The notes beneath the pieces were generated by a model. It searched no databases, was not told the origin of the DNA, and worked only from the letters and a program-made list of their open reading frames with translations. DNA of 63,226 nucleotides, counting the filler, from Pelomyxa schiedti (taxonomy: Eukaryota; Protista; Evosea), in NCBI GenBank assembly GCA_020536535.1. It is 13 parts of 13 records of this genome, joined end to end, with 100 filler letters (N's around TTAATTAATTAA, not from the genome) between each part and the next. Parts side by side here need not be neighbours in the genome. Positions count along the whole stretch, not along the records: positions 34,537 to 49,072 come from JAHLWZ010000100.1; positions 49,173 to 51,965 come from JAHLWZ010001885.1; positions 52,066 to 54,281 come from JAHLWZ010002071.1; positions 54,382 to 60,454 come from JAHLWZ010000742.1; 9 more parts are not named here. One strand, written 5' to 3'. The translations under genes were made by a program, and so were the position numbers. This document shows, in pieces, positions 47,741-60,164 of this stretch (the first letter of the stretch is position 1; each line of letters begins with the position of its first letter).

Positions 47741-48335
47741 AGAACAGAAATAAAGCATAATTGTGGTGTGGCCTGGCAACACACTCTGGCGAGAAGGATT
47801 TAGGTACTCGGCCAAATGATAGTGCATCCCCAGCACTACCACCAGCAACACTTGCCAGAGTGGCCACAAGCACAGGGACACTGGAAGCAATCAGTGACCC
47901 TGTTGTTGGCTCCAGTGACATTCCCAGTCGTGGATCCCCATCACCAAGAGCAGTTGGAGTGGTGCTACCAACCGCTGTTGGAGCCCCTACGGTGGTAGGT
48001 ATCTTATACAGTGTACCTGATCCGGAGTATCCACACAGGCCAGTGCTTGTCCACGCAATGTCCTGTATGTCCATCGTGGGCCACTGCAGCACCCATTCGG
48101 CACGGCCTGTGAGGTTCAGGGAGTACAGGTAGTCATTCGCCAGCATGTCGAATCCGGACATGTACATCACGCTGTCATCATCAGACCATGCCATTCCAGT
48201 GGGCATCAAGTCGCTCATCAAAGTGGCACCAATCACTGACACTGCACATGAGGTGGTGTTGATGGAGAAGAGGGTGGTGGGGTCCCCATAGCTACAGGGC
48301 ATACATGATCGAGGTGTCATAGTTTCTGAAGCCAC
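47622..48335 (-). CDS. Hypothetical beta-strand-repeat (propeller-like) protein exon, probably with upstream exons to about 48500
   Basis: Motifs PTGMAWSDDD, LYSLNLTG, IQDIAWT and LYKIP; acceptor-like site at the ORF start. Confidence 0.4.
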   Translation of the reverse strand: MASETMTPRSCMPCSYGDPTTLFSINTTSCAVSVIGATLMSDLMPTGMAWSDDDSVMYMSGFDMLANDYLYSLNLTGRAEWVLQWPTMDIQDIAWTSTGLCGYSGSGTLYKIPTTVGAPTAVGSTTPTALGDGDPRLGMSLEPTTGSLIASSVPVLVATLASVAGGSAGDALSFGRVPKSFSPECVARPHHNYALFLFFTICGHEGATSFASESTTVFPLAAPVMLYQSPGASLGLV

Positions 48336-48699
48336 CTTTTCATTTTTATTGTGTTAGCCATGCTTGTTTCTATCAACATTGAAAGGAGCAACATACCAGC
48401 TGTGATCATTGGATAGGAGGCACTCACTGTACAAATTTCAGTACCGTACAACCACCACAACGATCACTGTGATCAACGCAACAAGGTCAATCACCAGCAT
48501 TCAGACGAACGAACCACTTTTTCTCGTGCGTTGTCACATCAATCAAACATGCAGAGAAATGGGGGAAAAAAATAATTTCTGAGCAGTGCCACTCATAGTG
48601 ATGCATCAAAAACAGCCTTGTGGAGTTTCTCTGCTTTCTCTTGCTCCGTAAGATTTTGTTCTGATTCCAACTGGAATGGAATTTGAGTGTTTTATGATT

Positions 48700-49072
48700 T
48701 AACAACCATGACAAACCTGAAGGAGCAAGTTCTTGAAGTTCGCATGCCGGTTGTTGTAAAGTGCAAACTGCACACTGAACCCAACGTGGTTGTTGTAAAG
48801 GTTGGGAGGACTGATTGACTCTTCAACGCACTCCCGGCATTGCTGTGTGAAGTTCTCTGGGATTCTGTCACTGTGGGAGAAACAAAGAGTGGGGGTCAGA
48901 AGCAGCGTGAATCATGGAAGTGAAAGGAAGAAGAGAGTTCACCTTGGGGTTGACTTGAAAGGGGTTTGAAGCATGGCCTTCACTGCAGGAAAAAGTTCGT
49001 GGACTTGGCAGCTTCTGTTCCACACAAATTCTGTACCAAAGTCTACAACACCAGTGTCCGGATGCACGTGAG
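48700..49072 (-). CDS. 3' fragment of a possible UBC/UEV-fold protein
   Basis: HVHPDTGVVDFGTEFVWNRSCQVHELFPAVKAMLQTP resembles the UBC core without the catalytic Cys; followed by a WVQCAVCTLQ zinc-finger-like stretch. Confidence 0.3.
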
Positions 49073-49713
49073 NNNNNNNNNNNNNNNNNNNNNNNNNNNN
49101 NNNNNNNNNNNNNNNNTTAATTAATTAANNNNNNNNNNNNNNNNNNNNNNNNNNNNNNNNNNNNNNNNNNNNCCCAGTTCACCACAAATGTGCAAAACGA
49201 GCTGAAGAAAAAACCTCGTGCTTGTGAAATTAAACGACCCTCCCAACTCTTCTGAGCAATTACACAGGAAGAATTGGTGCAACAACAGATTTCGTCCACA
49301 CTCCGCGTTGAATGTGTTTCAAGCCTTGAGTGTGTTAGTTTAGTTTCAGTCCACAAAGGAGTACAGCACTCGTACATTGAGTTTGCTCCTCCAGTTTCCA
49401 TTGTGAGTCTTGGAGTGCTTCTTTCAAAGACGTGGTTGCAGACGCACGTTTCAGTAAAGTACCATCACCCGTTCTGTTTTTCAAAGTGCTTTCAAGAAGG
49501 AGCAACAACATGGAAGCCATCGCTGGCAGCAAAGTAGTTCCAAAGTGAAACCAAGGTATTTCCCTTGCGATCACTGCCACGAGGGTGCCTGGTGAAATGA
49601 GTGATGTCTTTTGCAGACATCACTCCCATACCTGAAGAAGGCCACCAAACCTCCCCGACATTTTGGTTTTCTTTTTTCACAACCCCCCTTTGATCGTGGC
49701 CACACCAACTACG

Positions 49714-51776
49714 ATGCGGAAATCATGTCAAACACGCTCGGATGGAGCGACTGTGCACAGCAGCACTGTGACCACAGGTCCTTCTGTGGCTAGAATCGGC
49801 TACAAACACCAAATCTCCATAACTTTCTTGGGAGTGAGAAATTTGCCACTCAGTGATGGCAGTCCTGCTATTGTGATGTGGCGGCCACTTCTCACCCTCA
49901 ACGGTTGCAGCAAAAGTAGCTCTGTGCCGGTTTCCAAGGGCACAGCTGATTGGAATATAACTGTGAACTTCATTATCACTGTCTTCAGGGAATACAGGGC
50001 AGGGCACAGTATGTTGCATGTGGCTGTGGGAGAGGTAACCCCACCCACCCCACTTCCTTTTCCTCACATTCACAATAGGAGCGCAAAATCAAGTCTTCAA
50101 CTCTTGGAGAGGTGGAAATGAACTTTTCTGAGTTTGCTGATGTACCAGGACCACAGTCTAGATCATACAATCTTTCCAAATTACACAATCCCAAGACTCC
50201 ACCAATAATCCTTCATGTAGCTGTGACACCCAAATTGCTTTGTTTTCTAATATTGTTTTAGCTTGTTGTCAACGATGAGAATATGGGTGTTGCCAAGTAA
50301 GTTCTTACTTGGTTTCAACTTATATAACCTCATTAGGGTAGGTGAGGATGATGAGGGAGGAGACATTTCAGCTCCTGTCAAAGTCCCACATATTTCTGTA
50401 GAAACCCCCGAAATGTACTTCAACTTTTGTCCCTGTGCTGTATGTAACACTTACAGTTATGAGGAAGAAAAAAATTGCTTGAACATTGATGAAATGACAA
50501 CAAAAAGGGATGCATTAGCCGCAGCCTTGAAAGAACTTGGTATGAAATCGATTCTATTTAAATGTAATTCTGAGTAGAGAAAAAAACCATTGAGAGCAAA
50601 AGCAATTCAAATACCGCGGCACCAGCGTTGTTTCTTGAACTTTCCAGAGCATTCAAACTGGCCACACAGTTTCTATCCCAGTTGAATACATCAGCGCCAG
50701 AATTTGTCTTGCTTGAGGAGTCACTCACCACCATGAAGCAGAACCTCCAACGAGCCACACAGCACAACGAGGAGCTGGCAACACAACTGTGCAAACTTGT
50801 GGCTGTGAAGGATACACTGGGGAATCAACTTGAGGAAGCTTGCGAAGCTTGCAAGAGGGTTCTTGGGCAGACACTGACAGTTAAAAACAGTGAGACAGAG
50901 ATTCAGGAGTGCTCAAGGAACATCTCAGAGTTGACAAAGAAGGTGTTGGGCATAAAGCCAGTGACCTGTATCATTGACAGCAATTGCACCCTTGTTCCAT
51001 CACCACCCAAAGGTAACATGACCACTATTACACCTAATCAACCAGTAACAACTACAAACAGGCAGTGAGACCTTGATGAAACCCTTGGTTTTGCAGCAAC
51101 AACTTCAAGAATATAATCCCTCTGCCACAGAACCTTTCCATTTTTTGTGCTCACTCACTGACACCCTTGCTCAACTTCAAGAGTGTCGATTCGCTGAGTG
51201 CACCAAGCTTGCAGACCAACACACCAGGATGTCAAAGGATCTCTCTGAGCAGGTCACACTGGGACACAGTCTCCACAAGCAAATTGAGGAGATTCAGGGA
51301 CTTTGCTCAGAGCTGATGAGGGAACACAAAACCAAGTGGATGCTAATGCGGGGGCTGGAGGGCAATGAGCAGTTCATTGCTTTGCCTGATGTATGGTTAT
51401 CACTCTCTGAGTTGCTCCCTCAGGCTCAGCAGGGAGTTGTGGATCTCTTTGTGGCCAAGGCCTCCCTGGCAGCTGCCTCTTCCCCCCCTTTTATCCAGCA
51501 GCAGAGCCATCAACACACAACAGCAACGAGCACTGCACTCCCAGGCTGTACTGCCACACCCTTAGTATTCCCATTTGTGCCTCCTAGTAACAATGTATGC
51601 ATGGAGTGTGATGAGAGGGTACCTAACGTGAGGCTGCACCCTTGTGGCCACATTGTACTGTGCTCTCAGGTTCCCCACAACCTCCATTTCCTCTAACAAA
51701 CAATCAACAGTGTGCCTCCACAATGAGGAAGTGCCCTCAATGCCGCACCCAAATCCATCAGAAACAAACAGTCTAA
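49714..51776 (+). CDS. NT-C2 (EEIG1/EHBP1-type) domain + coiled coil + C-terminal RING protein, multi-exon
   Basis: ISITFLGVRNLP...VMWR...VPVSKGTADWNITVNF...|LGEVEMNFSEFAD; long heptad region; RING CMECDERVPNVRLHPCGHIVLCSQ|CASTMRKCPQCR. Confidence 0.75.
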
Positions 51777-51844
51777 AGTGAAGGACATTCCTGGAGCTGC
51801 ACATTCATTCTGGGTGTTGTGTACTTAAGAACAACGCACACCAA

Positions 51845-51965
51845 CACCCTGATTCCAAAGTGTGTGCAAGTTCCCCAATTTGGATGGGATCGGGGAGATT
51901 TAAGACAATTTGTGTGAACATTGGGGAGCTGAATTTGTACCCAAATTGGTAGTCGAAACCCAAAG
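51845..51965 (+). repeat. Interspersed repeat R1, copy 2
   Basis: Matches 15360-15480 almost exactly and terminates the contig. Confidence 0.92.
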
Positions 51966-54381
51966 NNNNNNNNNNNNNNNNNNNNNNNNNNNNNNNNNNN
52001 NNNNNNNNNTTAATTAATTAANNNNNNNNNNNNNNNNNNNNNNNNNNNNNNNNNNNNNNNNNNNNCGGCAAGTTGGGCGGTAAACTCGCGGCATCTTTTG
52101 CAGTTGTGCCCACAGGCCTTCACACACTGGTGTCTGCAGCCACTACACTCCATCTCGCTCACAGATCCTTGTTTATTTTGTTCAGTATGGTTTTAAGAGT
52201 CGTTATGTTTGTTTTGACACCTCACCTGGGATTTTATTTTTGACAGGTAAATTTCCGCAAATGCCGAAACCTCAAAACCCTCCTGGGATCCTGAGACTCT
52301 GAGACTCGACGATTCGACCCCTCCTCAGCAGCCCAGGGCCGTACTCTGTGACTGGGACGAGTACCGCACCATTCGAGCCACTTGCAATTTGCCTCAGGAG
52401 CTTGCAGTTCCTCTCTACCACGAGGCTTGTTGTGGTGTCGATAATGTTTCGCCCGAAATAATCCACGTGCATGGCCGTGATGTTTGGCTGTTGGAATGCC
52501 CATCCACCACAGCAGGACGGCACCCCAGACGCATCGGCGCCAGTGATGCCTTGGGTTGTGTTGTCTTGTTTCATAATGTCCGGCCCTACGGCAACGACTC
52601 ACCACTGTCGATTTTTTTATTTTTTGCGCTCCCAATGGCACACTGCGTGAGCGTGTTGACAATTTGGTCCGGAGGGTTGCCAGGACTATGTCTCGAGATA
52701 ATTTTACAAGCAGCGTGGTAAAGGTGGTAAAGAAGAGCAGCATTTATTTTCCCTGTGAGAGATTGGTGGCATTTTCTTTTACTGTTGTGTGACTGCACGT
52801 GCCGGGTTTGGATGAGACATCGCGGTACAGATAGAAAATAGAAACACTACCTTTTAACTCCGCTATAAGCGGCACCACGGAGAACTCTCCGAGCAAAAAT
52901 AAGTTCTCATCTCTCAACACTATAATTCACTCCCCGTCATGTCATGTCACATCGCACATCACACATCACACATCACATCTCATCTCTATATCTTCCCACC
53001 TTCCATTTTCCATCTTCTGTATCGTTTTTAGTAACGAGATTGAGGGGATTTGATACTGCTTTGCTTTGTTTCGAACTCTCCACACTCCATCAAGAGAGAC
53101 AGACCCGAGAGAGCGAGACCCCTTTGAGTTCTAGCACTGGGGGGTGTCCTGACAGATTGGGTGGCATCCTTGCAGGCAAAAATAAAAGGGGGGGTAGAGC
53201 CCAACACGTCGCCAACGCCGCCGCTGCAGATCGAGCACACGGGTCGCGTGTGTGCTGGGCCCGAGGAGGGGTAGCCTGCAAGGATGTCACCCCCATCAGC
53301 CCCACGCTATGGGGGTCCGCCCTCGAGGGAAGGTCGGGGAGGGGGAAATGAAATTCTATTTTGGTTGGTGAGAACAGAAAATTGGGAAGGGAACGAAAAG
53401 CCCCAAGTATAGCAGCCCCAGAGAGCTCGGGATCCAGTTGGTAAAACTGAACTTGTGCAAAGGGAATATCTCGGCCCGTCCTCCACCAATATATATATAT
53501 CTCTCCATGTTGTGACAAAGTCGTAGTCGTCCTCCGCGTCGAGAAACGAGAGTGTGAGAGAGTGCCCCCACCCAAAAGTAGCGGTCCCATGCCAGTCATT
53601 GTGAATAGAGTGTCTCTGCGGCGGACAGCCAAGTCCTCGCCGCCACTCTCACTACACTGTTGCCCTGCTCCGAGTCTCCGCGGCGAGTCTGCAAACGGAA
53701 GCCACTGCGAGTGAGTGCGAGTCGCCGGCGGGGAGTTTTTCTTTTTTCTTTTTTTGGCGGCGTACAGAGCTGGATGTCCCGCCGCCCCCCCTCTCTCTTA
53801 GAGAGCCTTGCCGAGAGTCTGCCGCACAGGATCGGGATCTCGGAAATACGTTAACACGTGCCGTAATATAACTCCGTGTGCGCGCGTGTTTTTCGACGAG
53901 TTTGTGTACGAGATCGTCGTCCTCCTCGTCCTTGTCGACCCCTCCGTGGTTGCGCTGTTGTACTTTGTGTCGCCCCCTCCTGCAGGACGCGTGTCGGCCG
54001 GTGCTATTAATTTGAAAATAAAATGAGTTTATAAATAGTTTCCACTATTATATTTTTTTCTCAAACTCATGATCTAAGTTATAGGCCAGCACCAAAAATA
54101 AGTGGGTTCTAATTACAGCCTGGTGGGGGTATGAGACTTGTTTGGGTATGGGTGCTGTAAAGTAATGTGTCGCGACTGGGATATGTTGCCAGTCTAGACT
54201 TCCTCGTCTGCAGGAGGGTGGCTGTTTTCGGGCTCAGTGGTTTGTGGAGTGGTGGTTGCAGGTGCATTGGTGTCTGTAGAANNNNNNNNNNNNNNNNNNN
54301 NNNNNNNNNNNNNNNNNNNNNNNNNTTAATTAATTAANNNNNNNNNNNNNNNNNNNNNNNNNNNNNNNNNNNNNNNNNNNN

Positions 54382-55050
54382 TCGCCGTCCAGGACCCTCG
54401 CTGCGTCCCCCACGTTGGTCGAGCAGTTCGGCCGGGAGTGGGTCGTGTGCAGCTGCAGGGACGTGGTGTTCACCATAAGAGCAGGAGGGAGCACCGAGCA
54501 CGTGGCGAGGGACAGGAATAGCGACCACCAGCTGCAGGTGTGGGTGGGCCTGCCGCCCACTCTCGGGGTCGTGAGGTCGGTGCACTTCGTGACGCTGGAT
54601 GCTCGGCCTGTGCAGCTGGTTGGGTGCATCGCTGGGTCGTGGGCGAGAGAAGCGGCGAGGAGAATACAACAAGAGTGGGCAAGTGGGAGTGGAGTTGTTG
54701 AGGATACCAGCAGGCTGCTGATGACAACTGGTTTCATGGGCACGCTGGTTGACATCGTTCCATTTCCCCCAAAATGGCCCATTATCGTCCTCGGTGGTTC
54801 TCCCATCTGCGTGGAAGCAACACACGCATTCATTACATCCACAACACGATCACCAACGAAACACACACAATTGAAGGGAGTGTGCTGCCCGTCCTTGGGA
54901 ACATTCTATCCGTTGGCCCAACAACAACCTGCACACCAACAACTGAATTCAGATTGCTCCACACTGCCGACCTCAACACTCCCTGCATCAGCATTCCTTT
55001 TCAGAGGAGAGTACCGGTGGTTCCTCCTCACACCACCACAGATGATTATG
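54382..55050 (+). pseudogene. 5'-partial PRC-header family ORF interrupted by repeat R2
   Basis: SPSRTLAASPTLVEQFGREWVV and VGLPPTLGVV match family motifs; the frame runs into R2 at 55051. Confidence 0.55.
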
Positions 55051-55756
55051 CACTGTGATTTCGAATCACACCCAGAGTGGGTTCCAAGCTGTTCCCAAAG
55101 GGTGGTCTCAAAATGTGAAAAAACACTACCCAAGTGGAGAAGGTGGAGGTAAAATCACAATGGGCTCAATGTGGGTGCTCCCAATGTGGACACACAGTGG
55201 TACCCAGGTGGTCCCTGTTCCAGCCCCTCTCCCCATGTACTTTCTGAAAGAAAATATTTTTTTTTCTTTTGCCTGAAGTGGAAAACCAACTTCAGGCCAG
55301 GAATGGAAGCGTGGAGTGCAGGAGCCCAGTGGTGGGGGTGTGTAGGAGTGAGAGAGCGAGAGCGAGAGCGTGAGAGAGCGAGAGAGCGAGAGCGCGAGAG
55401 AGCGAGAGCGCGAGAGAGCGAGAGAGAGAGCGAGAGAGCGAGAGAGCGAGAGCGAGAGCGCGAGAGCGAGAGCGCGAGAGCGAGAGAGCGAGAGCGAGAG
55501 AGCGAGAGCGAGAGAGCGAGAGCGCGAGAGCGAGAGAGCGAGAGCGCGAGAGCGAGAGAGCGAGAGCGCGAGAGCGAGAGAGCGAGAGCGCGAGAGCGAG
55601 AGAGCGAGAGCGCGAGAGCGAGAGCGAGAGCGAGAGCAAGGGCTGTTAGTGCCGAGGTGAAGTGGGTGGAGGCGGAAGTAAAGCCTGACATTGCACTCTG
55701 TTCATCAGCCCTTCTGGCATCCAGGGTCCTGTTGTCGTTGAGTGGGGTGATGTTAA
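55051..55756 (+). repeat. Repeat R2 copy 1, containing an expanded GAGAGC-type microsatellite (about 55348-55638)
   Basis: Direct repeat of 58241-58747; begins with the TGTGATT-NNN-AATCACA palindrome. Confidence 0.93.
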
Positions 55757-55899
55757 NNNNNNNNNNNNNNNNNNNNNNNNNNNNNNNNNNNNNNNNNNNN
55801 NNNNNNNNNNNNNNNNNNNNNNNNNNNNNNNNNNNNNNNNNNNNNNNNNNNNNNNNATCACGACCCAAACCTCATAAATCAAAACAAACAAACAAACAG

Positions 55900-56217
55900 A
55901 ATAAATAATAGAATCCTTTCTTGATCTTGTGCTTGTTCTCTGCTTTCTCGTCACACACTGAACTACACATCCCCACACACACACACACACTCACACACAC
56001 ACACACACACACCGTCGCACCCTTGTGAGATGACTCTCGCGAGCCTGAAGTTTGATGCCACGACCACACTCCCTTGAGCTGTGTTTTGCACGTCGTCGAC
56101 TGTGGCCGACTGCCCCAACCTCGCGAAGAAAGCGTCGCGCTCCCGAATGGCCCTCTGAAACTCATCGCGGCCATCAACCAGGTCCGACGTCGAGGTTGTG
56201 CTTTCGTTGTTCCCCAT
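55900..56217 (-). pseudogene. Possible 5' fragment of a myristoylated kinase-like gene
   Basis: MGNNES start; FRLARVISQGCDG resembles a Gly-rich loop; followed by a (GT)n intron. Nothing further is recoverable. Confidence 0.3.
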
Positions 56218-56899
56218 CCCCCCTTTTCTTTTTGTGGTTGTGATCTTTGGTGAAGATTGGTGCTGTCTGGCAAAGTTGTGGTCGGGACTTGGGGTAAAAT
56301 ACAAAAAACACGTGAACAATGTGTGTTGCCCACACTGTCGTGTTGTAGTGATTTTAGAAGACGTCACACTCCCAAACAGTGGTGGAATTGTCCTGACACC
56401 CAAACAAAGCTGCCGAGGCCACACCCTCCCCGTTTTTCTCCCTCCAACAAGAAAAGCATGATGTCCTGATGGGTTTTCGGCGTCTTGTAAAAAAATCGGT
56501 GCGTGACAAAAAAGGACGGCGGGTGCTTCATCATTTTGTTTTTGCAGCCTTGGAGTGTGGGGGTGGGTGCGTGTTGTTCGATGGCGGTTAATGGCATGGG
56601 TGGGTGTGGTTGGTCGGTGTTGCTGGCAACAGCTTGAGAATGAAATGCCAGTGTACATCGACTGTGGACACAAGGAAGTGTGGTGGCCGACACTGTGACC
56701 CACCACTTTCAAACTGTGACTCCCCACACAACGGTCGTTTTGGCATTTTACCCCAAGTCCCGACCCATCTCTGTTGCTGAGCGGTCCGTCGGTAGCACAA
56801 TGGTGGGCCTAGGCGGACCCCTCCCCTCCGGCGTCACACTCCTCCCCCAGCCGTTCCCCTGGTCACTCATACTTCTTTCTTTTCAATTTCTAATAATTC

Positions 56900-58135
56900 T
56901 AAATTGATCATGGACTTTGGGAGGAGTGGAGCTGGAGGTGCTGAATTGCCGCAGCACATGACATCCTGGTGTGCCTGTCTCGTTCATCATTCAAGCCATC
57001 ACCTCCTTCCTGATGGTGCCCATGTGCTTTTTGCTGGTAGTGCTGGGTATGGAAGGAAAGAACTCCAGGGGATCTCGGAACTTTGCAACAAGCTTGGCGG
57101 GTGTGAACACAGCCATGTTGGTGTTGAGTGTGCTCCCAATGAACTTGTGTCGTGGTGGCAGGAGAGAATCCCAGAAAGTTATTGCAACTGCAAAGGAGTC
57201 ACATTTGGAGTATGAGAAGGGTGATGGCCCTGTTGCCCTGAGTGTCCTCAGGAGTACACTCAGCTCTGGTGGCATAGTACCTACATTCCCCCACACTGCA
57301 CTGGCCCCAGTTCCAAGGAGGTTTTCAAGGGAGAAGTCAGAAACATCTGCCGGAATCAGTGAAATCATTTGCTGTACAGTAACCTTTTCTTTCTGGATTT
57401 CATAAGAGAGTGATGAAAATCTAGTTTGAAGATTCAAATATTTCTCCTGGGTGTTGTTGATGGTGCCCTCCACCACAGCTGATGAAGACAGTGTAGCAAC
57501 ACCCTCACCACGGCACTCCCAACCAGTGCTGCCATCGCATGTGAATGTGCCTTCAAATATGTCACCATTTGGCCACCTCCTCATTCCCTTTGTTGGCAGA
57601 CCACTCTCCCACAACCCAGTGAATGATGATCCATCCCTTGACCACATCTTTGTTCCTTCGCCATGCTCCTTTCCACCCACCCATTGGCCATCATACCTGT
57701 CACCATTTCCCCACAGCCTCACACCCCTCCCATGGAACAGGTCATCCTTCCACTCACCAACATAACTCCCTCCATCACCAAACAGAATCCTCCCTGTTCC
57801 ACTCTTCTTTTCATGGTAAAACTGACCATGGTAGATGTCACCTGAGCCATCAGGTGAATTCCAAGTACCCTGCCCATGCCACAGGTCCCTGTTCCACTCA
57901 CCTTCATACACTGTCTCCATTATGATACCAGTGGGGCTTGCAGGGGCACTTTCGGGGTGATTGGAGATGGCTCTCCTTTGAACACCCCACCCCTGCATTT
58001 CATGCACGTTTTCTGTTGCATTCCACTCACAAGAACCATCCACTGAGACACAGAACGCACTAATGCGGACTGCAGCGGTGATTGATTCTGAGGCAATCTC
58101 GACTGAGAATTGGACAACAGCGTGGCTTCGAAGCT
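56900..58135 (-). pseudogene. MORN-repeat + coiled-coil + protein kinase pseudogene with most of the kinase core deleted
   Basis: MORN repeats YEGEWNRDLWHGQG, YVGEWKDDLFHGRG and YDGQWVGGKEHGEG. LLGTGASAV is joined directly to WGNVGTMPPE. A stop and a frameshift precede RMSCAAAIQHL. Confidence 0.75.
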
Positions 58136-58240
58136 AACCGCACCTAACCACACCAAATTAATTATCCTTTGAACACGTGCAACCCAAGCACGAGAACAAG
58201 CAAGAGAACCTTTACACTCTCACTCTCTTTCGTTCTTTTC

Positions 58241-58747
58241 CACTGTGATTCCGAATCACACCCAGAGTGGGTTCCAAGCTGTTCCCAAAGGGTGGTCTCA
58301 AAATGTGAAAAAACACTACCCAAGTGGAGAAAGTGGAGGTAAAATCACAATGGGCTTGATGTGGGAGCTCCCAATGTGGACACACAGTGGTCCCCAGGTG
58401 GTCCCTGTTCCAGCCCCTCTGCCCATGTACTTTCTGAAAGCAAATATTTTTTTTTCTTTTGCCTGAAGTGGAAAACCAACTTCAGGCCAGGAATGGAAGC
58501 GTGGAGTGCAGGAGCCCAGTGGTGGGGGGTGTGTAGGAGTGAGAGAGCGTGAGAGAGCGTGAGAGAGCGAGAGAGCGAGAGCGTGAGAGCGCGAGAGCGT
58601 GAGAGAGCGAGAGAGCGAGAGCAAGGGCAAGGGCTGTTAGTGCCGAGGTGAAGTGGGTGGAGGCGGAAGTAAAGCCTGACATTGCACTCTGTTCATCAGC
58701 CCTTCTGGCATCCAGGGTCCTGTTGTCGTTGAGTGGGGTGATGTTAA
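58241..58747 (+). repeat. Repeat R2 copy 2, with a shorter microsatellite (about 58538-58625)
   Basis: Direct repeat of 55051-55756 with scattered substitutions. Confidence 0.93.
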
Positions 58748-60164
58748 AAAGGGAATGTACCTTGGTCATAGATTGAGGAGGCAGGTCGGCCTACACCAAA
58801 ATAATATCTTGAGCCTGTAGAAAAAGTCAAAAAAAAAGAAGAAGAAGAAGAAGCCACCAACCAGAAGGAGGTCACAAAGACCCAGAAATGCAGAAAAGGG
58901 CAGGGACAGTCTTCACATTTACCTGTCATGGTTTAGTGGGGGTGATCATACAAAGAGAGAGGGGGATTTACCTTCTTGGTGATGACAGGCTTTCATCTCA
59001 TCAGCTGGCATTTGCTACACCTGGTCTCAAGTGTGAGAAATCGAAAAAGAAAAACAGAGAAATACCTGCAGTTCAAGTTTGCCTTGCTTGGATGCCACAG
59101 AAATCGAAAAAGAAAAAAAGGAGGAGTCACACAAATGCGGGAAAAGAAAAAATCTGGGATTGGAGGTGAGGCAATACTGGGGGGAGGGGGGAACAATGAA
59201 AAGGCGAAAACCTGATGAGGAAAAGCGGAGCAGAGCTGCACACGCAATTCCCCTGAGTGGCGTCAGTCGGGGATACCTATTATGTTTAAGTTTGGGGTGA
59301 TGAAAAGGAGAGGGGGATTTACCATGGTGACCAGGCTGTCATGGCAAGTCCAGTCCACCACCAACTGTACAAGGTGAAACGAGAAAAAGAAGAAATAAGA
59401 AACCATACCAGTGGCTGGCTGAGCTGCTGAAAGTCACAGAGGGCCCATGTGCATACAGCGTGAATGCAGAAAAGGACCTAGAGGGGAGTTATATATTGGG
59501 GGGGGACTCAAGAAGAGGAATACCGGTGGAATGGAGCTGACCCGCACACACACATTCTGCTGACATCGGCAACACCACCTGGTTTTCAAATGTGAGAAGT
59601 CGAAAAAGAAAAATGGAGAAGAGAAATGGAAACATACCGCTGTGCCCCTTCTCCTCGTCATGGAATCTTCAATGACCTGTGTTGTTGTGAGAACAAGAAC
59701 AAAAACAGAAAGAAGACTAAGCTAAACGAAAACGAAATAAAACAAACACGAAAAACAAAGCAAAACAAAAAGAACTTGATTGAAGTGTTGCCTCAACAGT
59801 TCGGGAAAAAAAAACAAAAGCAAAACCGAGAAACAACAACAAAAGACCGGTGGACAAAACACAATAAAATTATAAACAAACAAAGAAGACAGTGGGAAAA
59901 AAAAACCGATACCGAACAACAGAACGACCTGGCACCAAAATGCGATGGTCTGTCACACCAGTCACCCACCCGTGACACGCACCACACCGGCCCCCGGCAA
60001 CCAAACGGCATTAAATTTTATTTGTTCTTCTTCTTTGCAACTGGAAACGGAAGATACAGAAACAACATGTTCCCAGAAAATCCACACTCTCAGCACCAAG
60101 TCAGATCGTCTTGCTGCAGTTGGCACCAACTGAGAGGAGACAAGTGTATAAACAATCAATTCAG

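Noticed and set aside
49173-49661. Possible minus-strand gene divergent from the NT-C2 gene
   Set aside because: Candidate splice paths from ATG 49661 hit early stops; the structure is unsupported.
52066-54281. Kinase-like snippet (KLLRQIASGSNGAVL, about 52350-52420) and ORFs 52234-52743 and 53090-53632
   Set aside because: Only a Gly-loop-like hint, with no further kinase motifs in frame; no gene model can be supported.
55348-55638. CRISPR-like or telomeric array
   Set aside because: No unique spacers and no constant unit; it is a compound microsatellite inside repeat R2.
55155-55908. Long RE/RS/AL-rich ORFs (55171-55908, 55155-55868, 55370-55660 and similar at 58316-58769)
   Set aside because: They are translations of the GAGAGC microsatellite, open in several frames on both strands.
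58900-60160. Degenerate short repeats (TGTGAGAA.TCGAAAAAGAAAAA, GGGGATTTACC) and A-rich ORF 59626-60168
   Set aside because: Low-complexity, imperfect and without clear periodicity; the ORF is a compositional artefact.
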